Source: an uncultured Chloroflexia bacterium (GTDB taxonomy: Bacteria; Chloroflexota; Anaerolineae; CG2-30-64-16). Taken from it: DNA of 64,000 bases. This document shows, one piece after another, positions 1 to 8,322 of the stretch (its first letter is position 1; every line of letters starts with the position of its first letter). Where the stretch lies: assembly GCA_963695715.1 (NCBI GenBank), contig CAVOHP010000010.1, forward strand, positions 42,749 through 106,748, written 5' to 3'. Below the pieces are notes generated by a model that was given only the letters and a program-made list of their open reading frames with translations, was not told where the DNA came from and did no database searches. The position numbers and the translations under genes were made by a program.

Positions 1-41
1 GTTAGCCTGTCCGGACAGCGAAACACCGGAACTCGAAAAGG

Positions 42-551
42 TTGGGAGGCGTCAGGGTGCAGATGATCGAAAGCGGCAAGTTCGGCGATCCCTCCGTGGT
101 CCGCGACTATCGAAGTGAACTGCTGGGCGACGTTTACGTCGAACGCATCATATGGGGTGAATTGCCCGCTCCACGGCGGTCGTCGGGCCATAGCATCGCC
201 GACCGGGGCTTCATCTGGTTTCGCTTCTGGCTCCTCAGCGATGACCAGGTGATCGAACGCTATTACGATGCCGAGGGCCGGCTGATTGTCACGCAGATTG
301 ACGTGTGCGGGCCGCTGTTTTGCAATCAGAATGGCTGTCAGACCGAAGACCTGATCCTGGATATCCGAATTTCGCCGGATGGCGGCGTCACTGTTCACCA
401 TGAGGACGTCTTCGAACGCGCGGTTCTGTCGGGCTCGCTCGAACCCGTGCAGATCGAGCAGCGCGGAAACCCACGTGCGCCGGCTCACGGCGGCCATCTC
501 ACGCGGGCGTTTTCCGCCGCCCCTGGTGCGCAACTGGCAAGTAGACGCTAG
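42..551 (+). CDS. DUF402 (Ntdp/YgaC-like) family protein
   Basis: ORF 169 aa. The C-terminal motif DLILDIRISPDGGVTVHHEDVFERAVLSG..PVQIEQ matches the conserved YIDLDLDL..DEDEF..A core of DUF402. Confidence 0.55.
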   Translation: MGGVRVQMIESGKFGDPSVVRDYRSELLGDVYVERIIWGELPAPRRSSGHSIADRGFIWFRFWLLSDDQVIERYYDAEGRLIVTQIDVCGPLFCNQNGCQTEDLILDIRISPDGGVTVHHEDVFERAVLSGSLEPVQIEQRGNPRAPAHGGHLTRAFSAAPGAQLASRR

Positions 552-559
552 TCGCATCT

Positions 560-1247
560 CCGGCACACTGACCCCTACGCCGACCTGAACTCTCAGGATA
601 CCCGGGCGAGTTGGGCGGAAGAATTCGGCCAACGCCAGCACGGCGGCCGCGCCGAACCCCAGCAGATTGAGCCAGAAACCCCAACCGGGAGCAATCGGGT
701 GATTGTACAGCCCCGCGATGGGCGGCAGCGCCCGCAAGAACCCCCACGCCGGCGCCAGCGCCGCCATGAGACTCAACGCTGCCAGCATGACAAAAACCAG
801 GCGATCGGGGATGCGGCGTATCAGCGGGATGAGCGCAACCGCCAGCAGGCAGGTCGCGATCATAATCACCTGAAGCCTGAATTCCGCTTGCCGCAAGACG
901 GCGGGGCTCCAGGCCGGAGGTAGCATCGCCAGCGCCAGTGGAATCGCGCTCAGCCCCAGGAGCCAGCGCAACCCGCGCGGCAGGGCGTCGCGACTCGCGA
1001 TCAGCGCAGATCCCAGACTGGCCGCCATGAGCGGAAGATAAAACAGTTCGCGCGTCAGGCGGATTTCTCCGCCGGCCACTTGCGGCAGAAATTTCACGTA
1101 TTCGGCCAGATCCAACCCAAGCACGATCAGCCCGGCGGCGCGGTGCGGAACCCAGGGCCCGTAATAGCCGATCAACCCCACCAGCCCCAGGGCAATCAAC
1201 AGCAGCCACTCCAGGCGACGATTGCTGGTGAGTCGAACGCGTCTCAT
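560..1247 (-). CDS. polytopic membrane protein (not in supplied ORF track); start ATG at 1245-1247, 3' end unresolved
   Basis: Manual minus-strand translation in the frame with codon starts divisible by 3: MRRVRLTSNRRLEWLLLIALGLVGLIGYYGPWVPHRAAGLIVLGLDLAEYVKF..IMIATCLLAVALIPLIRR..FVMLAALSLMAALAPAWGF..GWGFWLNLLGFGAAAVLALAEFF. It predicts about 6 hydrophobic helices and has high GC3. This frame has no stop codon down to the window edge, because it runs antisense through the DUF402 gene. That explains its absence from the ORF track. Confidence 0.45.
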
Positions 1248-1251
1248 GGCA

Positions 1252-2377
1252 TCATCCCATCGCCAGCGCGTAGGCTTCGGCCAGCTTTGCGGCTGCCGCG
1301 GCCCAACCGAACGTGGCGGCCTGCGCGCGCCCACGCTCGATGGCCTGCGCACGGCGACCGGAATCGAGCAGACCGGTTTCCATCGCTTGAGACAGCAACG
1401 CCAGATCGTTAGGCGTCACCGTGATCGCCGCATCTCCCACAGTTTCCGGCAGGCTGGACGTATTGCTGCACACGACAGGAATCCCGCACGCCATCGCTTC
1501 GAGTGGGGGCAGCCCAAACCCTTCATAGAGAGACGGGTAGACGAACAGATCGGCCAGACCGTAGAATGCGGGCAAGTCCTCATCGGCGACATATCCCACG
1601 AATTGCACGTCCGAGCCGATGCCCTCCTGCTCGACGCGCGCGTAAATCGGCTCGAACATCCAGCCTTCTTTGCCGGCAATGACGAGGCGGTGAGGCAGAC
1701 CGGTGCGGCGGCGCAAGTCGGCATAAGCGGAGATCAGCGTAGGATAGTTCTTGCGAGGCTCCAGAGTGCCCAGGGAGAGGATGAATTCCGCCGGCAGACC
1801 GTAACGGCTTCGCACCACTTCCAAAGCGTCCGTATCAACGATCGGGGTGAAGCGGTCTTCCACGCCGCCCGGTACGACGCTGATCTTCTCCGTCGCGACA
1901 TGGAGCAGCCCGATCAGGTCATCACGCGTATTCGATGAGTCCGCCAGTACGTGATGCAGCGCGCCCGATAGACTGAGGCACAACACGCTGAAGATAATCG
2001 CGCAGCGTCGGCGGCGCGCATTCCGGCGTTGTGAGAAAGGACAGATCGTGCACCGTCACAAGGCCGCGCGCCCGCGAGAGCGGCGGCAAGGTGAAATCGG
2101 GAGAGTGATAAAGATCGCATGCGCCTGCGAGCCATTCGGCGGGGAGGGGAATCCGCAGCCTTTGCCACAGCCGGGACATGACCGGCTCCGACAGCCGGAT
2201 GTTGCGAACGGCAAAATTGGCCGGCCAGGCAGACGCGTCGAGCGCCGCGCCGTATGAGAGCAACGTATACGCGTGCTCGCGGTCGAGTTCCGCCAGCGCC
2301 GCTACCAGTCCCCTGGTATAGCGCCCGATGCCCGCCGATTGCCGGAGGGCAGGCGTGTAATCAATGGCGACGTGCAC
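1252..2377 (-). pseudogene. GT1/GT4-family glycosyltransferase, split by a frameshift near 1925-1985
   Basis: ORF 1922-2377 is the N-terminal GT-B half (MHVAIDYTPAL..GIGRYTRGL). ORF 1252-1986 is the C-terminal half ([18 protein letters not shown]). The two halves overlap by 65 nt in different frames. Confidence 0.6.
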
Positions 2378-2380
2378 GGC

Positions 2381-2881
2381 TCAATGAATATCTCGATAGG
2401 TCCAGAGTCGGTTTGCGAAGAAGTTCCAGAACAGCACGATGCCGATGGCGATCACTTTGGCCGCAAGGTAAGCGCCGGGGTCCGGTAACACGGTCGAAAA
2501 CACGGGGTGAAGACCCAGCACGACCAGCTCGTTGATGCCCAGACCGATCACATTGACGATGGTGAATTGAACCAGTTGGCGGCCCAGCGGCAGACTGCGA
2601 CTCTCGGGGAAAGTCCAGAGTCGGTTCCAGGTGAAGTTGCTGACGACGGCGAAGCTGAACCCCAGCAACACGGCGACCGCGAGAGAGACGCCAAGAACCT
2701 CACGCGAGAAGGTGAGGATGGAAAGATCCACGACCATCCCGGTGACGCCGACGATCGCGAACTTGATGAATCGCACCAACTCCTGTGGGCGCTGGTCAAG
2801 CCCCAGACGGTTGATCACGGGAAGCCGGACGATGCGATCTAAAAATGGTGACATATGCGTATTGACCACGTTACCTGCCAA
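2381..2881 (-). CDS. GtrA-family polysaccharide-synthesis membrane protein
   Basis: 166 aa with 4 TM helices. Matches the GtrA pattern (RFIKFAIVGVTGMVVDLSIL..NFTWNRLWTF..NFFANRLWTY). Confidence 0.65.
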   Translation of the reverse strand: MAGNVVNTHMSPFLDRIVRLPVINRLGLDQRPQELVRFIKFAIVGVTGMVVDLSILTFSREVLGVSLAVAVLLGFSFAVVSNFTWNRLWTFPESRSLPLGRQLVQFTIVNVIGLGINELVVLGLHPVFSTVLPDPGAYLAAKVIAIGIVLFWNFFANRLWTYRDIH

Positions 2882-2892
2882 GTTGAAACCTC

Positions 2893-4395
2893 TCAGACCG
2901 CTGATGAAGGATCTTCAGAACGCAGGGTTGCTCGCCGGCCTGCCGTTGACGTCATCCGGCTCACGGCGCCCAGCGCAATCAACCCGGCCCAGAGCAGGGC
3001 CAGATTGAGTTGCATGTGTTGTACGTAAAGATAATCAAACATGCCATGAATACTGACGTATACCCATGTCCCAAAGATCCCCAGCGCATAAGCCCGGCGC
3101 GCCGGATCGGAGCGGGAAACCGCCCGGATCGCAGCCCCGGCCAGCGCCAGCCAAAACGCCAGAAATGTCAGGGCGCCGGGCAACCCGGTCTCTGCCAACA
3201 GGTGAATCGAGATGTTGTGCGCGTGCCCCAACGGCTCATACCAGTGCGCGGGCGCATACGCCTCATACGCCACGGCGTAATTGCCGATGCCGACCCCCAG
3301 CCCGGGGTGATCCCAAAACATCGCCAGCCCCGCCCGCCAATGCGCGATCCGCTCGAGCACCGAGAAATTCGCATCCGTGATCTCGGTCCGCGCCGGATCG
3401 AAACCGCCCAGATAGGTTTGCAACTCACTCACCCGAGAGGTCAGGCTTCCCGGCAGCCATGCGGTCCCAAACATCAACAGCAACAGCCCGACGACCAGCA
3501 GACCAACCAGCGAGATCAGCGCCGCGCGCCGGCTGCGAAAGCCGATCACCACGAACAATGCCGCCGCCAGCGCAATCCACGCGCCGCGCGACCAGCTCAT
3601 CCCGATCCCGGCAATCATCATCAAAGCCGCCGCGCCGCACGCCGCGCCGGCCACAACCCACGGCCGCTTCCGTTGCCGCATCCCCGCGCCAAGCGCCATG
3701 ATCGCCAGGCTGACGGCCACGGGGATCAGATAGCCCAGGTAGCCGGCATACGGGTTGGGTTGACGAAACGTGCCATATGCCCGCATGAAACGGCCCAACA
3801 GGATGAAGGCGTCCGGCCCGACCTGTCGCCAGAACTGGTATGCGCCCAGGGCCGCTTCCAACACGCCCGCCGTCAGGAGCGCCGCAACCATCCACCAGGT
3901 TTGTCTACGGCTAAGAACCTGCGCGCCGACAATGTAGATCGCCGCAACCTCGACCCACTTGAGCAACTCCGGCGCGCCTTCGCGCCACGACGGCGCCTGC
4001 GTCAGACTCAAAGCGGCGACCCAGATGAATGCTAACAGCGGCCAGGCCGGAAGCGGAATGGTAATGCTCAGGCTGCGCGCGGCCAGGCCCTTGAGCGCCC
4101 ATGCGCCGATCACCAGCGCAACTAGCAGATCCACGACATTCGCCGGCAGGCCCGGCAGGCTCACCAGCGAGCCGAAGGGCAACGTCAGGGCAAGCACAAT
4201 GATCCCCAGACCCGGTTCGAGCAGGATGCCCAGGCCAAGCGCTATCGCCGCGAATAATGCCGCGCTCCGCGTGAGAGGAAGCACGGTGATGACCGCTGCA
4301 AGCGCCGCCATCAGGCTCGCAACAGCGGGCGTAATTCTTGCGATGGGTTCAGGTTGCCTTGCGCCGGCAATCAGGGCTGGAATAGGAGCCGTCAT
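2893..4395 (-). CDS. O-antigen ligase / Wzy_C family polytopic membrane protein
   Basis: 500 aa with many TM helices and a periplasmic-loop motif GLGVGIGNYAVAYE..HAHNISIHLLAETG, typical of the WaaL/O-antigen polymerase domain. Confidence 0.65.
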   Translation of the reverse strand: MTAPIPALIAGARQPEPIARITPAVASLMAALAAVITVLPLTRSAALFAAIALGLGILLEPGLGIIVLALTLPFGSLVSLPGLPANVVDLLVALVIGAWALKGLAARSLSITIPLPAWPLLAFIWVAALSLTQAPSWREGAPELLKWVEVAAIYIVGAQVLSRRQTWWMVAALLTAGVLEAALGAYQFWRQVGPDAFILLGRFMRAYGTFRQPNPYAGYLGYLIPVAVSLAIMALGAGMRQRKRPWVVAGAACGAAALMMIAGIGMSWSRGAWIALAAALFVVIGFRSRRAALISLVGLLVVGLLLLMFGTAWLPGSLTSRVSELQTYLGGFDPARTEITDANFSVLERIAHWRAGLAMFWDHPGLGVGIGNYAVAYEAYAPAHWYEPLGHAHNISIHLLAETGLPGALTFLAFWLALAGAAIRAVSRSDPARRAYALGIFGTWVYVSIHGMFDYLYVQHMQLNLALLWAGLIALGAVSRMTSTAGRRATLRSEDPSSAV

Positions 4396-4582
4396 GGACC
4401 TCTGTCGCCGCTTCCCAAACGATCCTCGAACCCGGCCTATCTGGAGCGCAGCGACAGGTTATCTTATGGCAAAATCGGGGTAACGGCAAGTTTGACAGCC
4501 GGTTAACGCAGATTGGCCCGTCCATTCAGCTCTCAGCCTTCGTCGCCAAAGTCATATACCACGTTCGCCGCCAGAAATCGTT

Positions 4583-4592
4583 CATGGTATAA
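4583..4592 (+). promoter_or_regulatory. extended -10 promoter element (TGGTATAAT) for the dsbA-like gene, followed by an AAGGAG RBS
   Basis: Sequence catgGTATAATcgtg lies about 45 nt upstream of the ATG at 4635. GAAGGAGAA sits 8 nt before the ATG. Confidence 0.35.
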
Positions 4593-4634
4593 TCGTGCAG
4601 TTGCTCAAATCGCTTCTGAAGGAGAAAACGCCGT

Positions 4635-5336
4635 ATGGCAAAGAAGGCTCAACTACCGAAGTCACAGCCCGGCAAGCAGCCTGCCAAACCGACTTCCAAC
4701 AACTCGCGTTGGCTGCTCCTGGCGCTGGTCGGAGCCGTCGGGGTGTTAGTCCTCGGATTGATCCTGTTGCAGGGACGATCCAATCAACCGACCGTCACCG
4801 AAACGGCGCGCGTCGGTGAGGGGACAAGCTGGGGTCCGGCGGATGCGCTGGTCACGATTAACGACTTCTCGGACTTTGGCTGAAGCTACTGCGCACGGTT
4901 CGGTCTGAACCAGGGCAAACAACTCAGGGAAATGTTCGAGGAAACCGGGAAAGTCCGTTTCAACTACAGGCATTTTATCGTCATTGGGCCGGAATCGGCC
5001 GATGCGGCAAACGCCTCAGAATGCGCAGCCGACCAGGGGCGGTTCTGGGATTATCATGATCTGTTGATGCGCCAGTCGGGCACATCCGCCAATGCGTTCA
5101 GCAAAGCGGCGCTGAAGAGCTACGGCCAACAGCTTGGCCTGGAAACAACGCAGTTCAACAGTTGTGTAGATTCCGACCAGCATCTCGAAAAGGTCTATCA
5201 GGACGTGAACGAGGGGAAACAGTTGGGGGTACAATCCACCCCGACCTTCTTCATCAACGATCAGAAGGTCGAAGGCGCGGCGCCTTTTGAGCAGTTCAAG
5301 TCCATCATCGATGGCTACCTTGCCAACACGCAGTGA
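4635..5336 (+). CDS. membrane-anchored DsbA-family thiol:disulfide oxidoreductase with in-frame TGA (candidate Sec) at the first active-site Cys; UxxC motif
   Basis: ORFs 4635-4883 and 4932-5336 share one frame and are separated only by the TGA at 4881-4883. The sequence FSDFG-TGA-SYCARF aligns to the canonical DsbA/BdbD FSDFQCPYCARF CxxC site. There is an N-terminal TM anchor and a cis-Pro motif GVQSTPTFFIND. Confidence 0.6.
4891..4916 (+). promoter_or_regulatory. candidate bacterial SECIS hairpin downstream of the in-frame TGA
   Basis: gcgcacGGTTCggtctGAACCagggc forms a 5-bp stem GGTTC/GAACC with apical loop GGTCT, beginning 13 nt after the TGA. The loop resembles the GGUC-containing apical loop of the E. 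coli fdhF SECIS. A lower stem with bulges is possible. Confidence 0.45.
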
Positions 5337-5353
5337 ACCGATGATAGCATTCG

Positions 5354-5402
5354 CATAACATCAGGGAGCAGGCAACCATCGCCTGCTCCCTCTGATGTTA
5401 TG
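5354..5402. terminator. long imperfect hairpin between the convergent dsbA-like and mtnP genes (bidirectional terminator)
   Basis: cataacatcagggagcaggc..gcctgctccctctgatgttatg forms an approximately 20-bp stem with a 2-nt bulge, located between stop codons at 5336 and 5415. Confidence 0.5.
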
Positions 5403-5414
5403 CGCCGGGTTGCG

Positions 5415-6311
5415 TTACAGGTATTTCCCGATCAATAGCTCCAGGCGCGCCCGCGTGGCAGACGGGATCAGGGCCGGCTGCGTCATGATCGCGTCGCGCA
5501 ATGAATCGGCGTACTGAGAGGGCGGCGCGTTGCGCAGCGCCTTGATGGCGTTCACCACCGAGGCCTTCGCCACATCGGCATTCGCCAGCAGTTGCCGAAC
5601 GACCATCTCCACCGTCACCGGCGCTTCCGATTCGTGCCATACGTCGTAATCGGTCACATGCGCCATGGCGGCGTAGCTCATCCCGGCCTCACGCGCCAGA
5701 AACACCTCAGGGATCGCCGTCATCCCGATGATGGCAAAGCCCAATTGCTGAAACACCCGGCTCTCCGCTTTGGTGCTGAACCGGGGGCCTTCTACCGTGA
5801 CGAACGTCCCGCCACGATGCACAGCGTGTCCCGTGGCCTCGACAGCCGAGGCGCACACCTCGTTCAGATAATTGCAGAATGGATCCGCCACAGAGACATG
5901 CACGACGACGCCTCCGGCGCCTGCCTCTGGATCATCGAAGAAACTGGTCGGGCGCAACCGCGTGCGATCGAAGACCTGATCCGGCGTCACGATGTCGCCG
6001 GGGCGATATTGCGGTTGCAGGCTGCCGCAGGCGCTGATGGAGATCAGATACTCGACCCCCAGCATCTTGAACCCGTAGATGTTGGCCCGAGAGTTGAGTT
6101 GCGTCGGGCTGATGCGGTGTCCCCGCCCGTGGCGCGGCAAGAACGCCACCGGCTGCCCGTCAATCTCGCCCACGATGTAGGCATCCGAGGGCGCGCCGAA
6201 CGGCGTATCCAGTGTTTGCTCTCGCACATTCTTGAGCTGTGACAGGTCATAGACCCCGCTGCCGCCGATCACGCCAACCCGCACTGTTTCCATCATGACA
6301 ATCCTTTCCAC
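5415..6311 (-). CDS. mtnP: S-methyl-5'-thioadenosine phosphorylase (PNP/MTAP family)
   Basis: METVRVGVIGGSG N-terminus and a conserved PNP-family core. The likely true start is the internal ATG at 6291-6293. Confidence 0.8.
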   Translation of the reverse strand: MERIVMMETVRVGVIGGSGVYDLSQLKNVREQTLDTPFGAPSDAYIVGEIDGQPVAFLPRHGRGHRISPTQLNSRANIYGFKMLGVEYLISISACGSLQPQYRPGDIVTPDQVFDRTRLRPTSFFDDPEAGAGGVVVHVSVADPFCNYLNEVCASAVEATGHAVHRGGTFVTVEGPRFSTKAESRVFQQLGFAIIGMTAIPEVFLAREAGMSYAAMAHVTDYDVWHESEAPVTVEMVVRQLLANADVAKASVVNAIKALRNAPPSQYADSLRDAIMTQPALIPSATRARLELLIGKYL

Positions 6312-7169
6312 GTCCGAAAGCCAAATTCCGGGTCCACGCCCGCCTCGTCAAGGATCTCCGCCAGTTGAGCGGCGACCGCATCGTGTTTGACGTCGTTACT
6401 GGCGAGCAAGCCGAATTGGCGCACAACATCGGACTGATTATAGAGCAACGGCCGATTGAAGCAGTCCGTCATCAGGCCGCCGGCCTCCCGGACGATGATA
6501 TCCGGCCCGCATGTGTCCCACTCCTTGGTGCCTGCGTTGGGGTGGATGTATAGCTCCGCCTGGCCGCGCGCGATCAGCCCGATCTTCAGCCCCACGCTGC
6601 CGATGCTGCGTTCGCGTTTCAACCTGAACCCGCGGATGATCGCGTCGGTGATCGGGACGCGATGCGAACGGCTGACCACCAGCCGGAAGTCTTCGATATT
6701 CTCTACATCCGACACGTGCAGGGGAGTGCGATCGCCAAACTCCTCAACGAATGCTCCCGCGCCCAGCGCAGCCGCGTACAACACGTCGTCAATCGGCTGA
6801 TAGACGACGCCTACCACCGGCGCGCCATCCACGGCCAACCCGATCATGATACAGAACTCGCCGTTATGCGCGATGAACTCCGCCGTGCCGTCCATAGGGT
6901 CAACAATCCAGACGCGCCGTTTCTCCAGGCGCGACAGGTCATCTTTGGATTCCTCCGCCAACATGCCATCAGCGGGAAAGGCCTGGCCGAACTGCTTGAC
7001 GAGATACGCATTGACGGCGCGATCCGCCTCGGTCACCGGTTCCGTGGGATCCTTCCAGCGCACGGTGGGCGGCACGTCATAGAATGCCTTGATGATCTCA
7101 CCGGCCTCGCGCGCCAGGCGCATGGCCACTTCCAGTTCATGTGCATATACCGATTGGGTCACAATCATT
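6293..7169 (-). CDS. inositol monophosphatase family protein (CysQ/SuhB-like phosphatase)
   Basis: Motif WIVDPMDGT and an IMPase fold. Start chosen at MIVTQ (ATG 7167-7169), preceded by GGGAGA. The longer ORF to 7294 has an implausible N-terminus. Confidence 0.7.
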
Positions 7170-7257
7170 CTCCCGGCTGCGTGTGGAAAGGGCGGAAGGG
7201 CGCGGGCAAAGCGCCGACGGTTCGGCATCATAGCATAGGCGCAAAGCAGATGCAAAA

Positions 7258-7288
7258 GGCCCCCAAAGCGCCAGGCGCTTTGGGGGCC
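7258..7288 (-). terminator. intrinsic terminator downstream of ssrA
   Basis: Perfect 15-bp inverted repeat GGCCCCCAAAGCGCC / GGCGCTTTGGGGGCC, followed on the minus-strand transcript by UUUUGCAUCUGCUUUG. Confidence 0.5.
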
Positions 7289-7298
7289 TTTCAATCCA

Positions 7299-7712
7299 GG
7301 TGGAGATGCCGGGAGTCGAACCCGGGTCCGAAACAGACGATCGCACGCATCTACAAGCTTAGTCGCTGATTTGGTTTTCGCCGTCCGGTCCAGCAGCGAC
7401 CACTGTCCACTAGGAAGGCTAGCCGATTGTCTTAGGCCCGTCTATCGGCGTACACGGGCCGCACCCTACGGTATTATGACGACGCTCTCCGTCGCCGCCG
7501 GAACCCGGCGGAGGCGCCGTGGTCACTCTTCAGCGACCAGTTGTTCCCTGCTCCTTCTTACGCGGCCAGCGCGAGCTGGTTGGTGCGAGCGAAGGGGAAG
7601 GTGAACGCTTTGCCTGAGTTGGCAGTTATTGTTTTTGCTCCTGATTTGCGAGGTTGGAGCGCCTCGGCTTGCAACGTACGCCCAATCTGCCCCGTCGAAA
7701 CCATTCATCCCC
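7299..7712 (-). ncRNA. ssrA: tmRNA (transfer-messenger RNA)
   Basis: Reverse complement begins GGGGAUGAAUGGUUUCGACGGGG and ends ..CGGACCCGGGUUCGACUCCCGGCAUCUCCACC (tRNA-Ala-like T-arm and acceptor). An internal ORF ends ..AFTFPFARTNQLALAA-UAA, the classic ALAA degradation tag. Confidence 0.85.
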
Positions 7713-7723
7713 TTTCGCGATTG

Positions 7724-7752
7724 ATATTACCACATTTTGGTCTGCGCAGCAA
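7724..7752 (-). promoter_or_regulatory. putative ssrA promoter (-35 TTGCTG, 17-nt spacer, -10 TAATAT)
   Basis: On the minus strand the sequence tttgctg-cgcagaccaaaatgtgg-taatat-caatcgcgaaa precedes the GGGG 5' end of the tmRNA. Confidence 0.3.
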
Positions 7753-7769
7753 ACTATTTATCTACCAAC

Positions 7770-7797
7770 GTGCAACGCACTTCGAGGTGCGTTGCAC
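7770..7797 (-). terminator. hairpin downstream of smpB (11-bp perfect inverted repeat)
   Basis: GTGCAACGCAC-ttcgag-GTGCGTTGCAC lies immediately after the smpB stop (7811). It may be a terminator or attenuator, but the following U-tract is weak. Confidence 0.35.
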
Positions 7798-7810
7798 GTC
7801 GTCACGCGGA

Positions 7811-8293
7811 TCAGTAATCCTCCTGCCAACCGCCCTTGGTCACGCGCTGCATCTCGCGGTCGGCGTCACGCTCGGCGACGGCATCCTTCTTGTCATAGAG
7901 TCGCTTGCCGCGCACCAGGGCGACCTCCACCTTGGCCCGCCCACCGCTCAGATACATGCTCAGCGGCACGATGGTCCAGCCGCGTTCCGAGACTTTGCTT
8001 TGCAGCTTGCGGATTTCCACGCTGTGCAAGAGCAGTCGTCGCTCACGCCGCGGCTCATGGTTCTCGCGGTTGCCGAAGTCATATGGCGAGATGTGCACGT
8101 TCATCAGCCATGCCGATCCGTTGCGAATCTGCACGTAGCCGTCGCGCAGGTTCACCCACGAGGCGCGCACCGACTTGATCTCCGTCCCCGTCAAGGCGAT
8201 GCCCGCCTCATAGGTATCCTCGATGAAGTACTCATGCAACGCCTTCCGGTTCGTCGCCACCGGCCTCACGCCGCCTTCGCCTCGCTTCGCCAC
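7811..8293 (-). CDS. smpB: SsrA-binding protein
   Basis: 160 aa with ..ALHEYFIEDTYEAGIALTGTEIKS..HISPY.. Sits immediately upstream of ssrA. Confidence 0.85.
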   Translation of the reverse strand: MAKRGEGGVRPVATNRKALHEYFIEDTYEAGIALTGTEIKSVRASWVNLRDGYVQIRNGSAWLMNVHISPYDFGNRENHEPRRERRLLLHSVEIRKLQSKVSERGWTIVPLSMYLSGGRAKVEVALVRGKRLYDKKDAVAERDADREMQRVTKGGWQEDY

Positions 8294-8322
8294 ATCACCC
8301 TCCCGCGACGCTGCCGTCGCGC

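Noticed and set aside
499-1209. 236-aa minus-strand ORF from the track
   Set aside because: Arg/Ala/Gly/Pro-rich low-complexity translation with no hydrophobic or domain signal. A different frame of the same DNA encodes a convincing membrane protein, so this is a wrong-frame GC-rich artefact.
3010-4035. 341-aa plus-strand ORF, with 3066-3380 and 3459-3701
   Set aside because: Antisense to the O-antigen-ligase gene. The composition is Arg/Pro/Gln/His-rich, typical of open antisense frames in high-GC DNA.
4881-4883. TGA in the dsbA-like gene as a plain nonsense mutation or sequencing error
   Set aside because: Not fully excluded. It is disfavoured because it is an in-frame substitution exactly at the catalytic Cys codon with a SECIS-like hairpin 13 nt downstream, whereas the other lesions in this window are indels.
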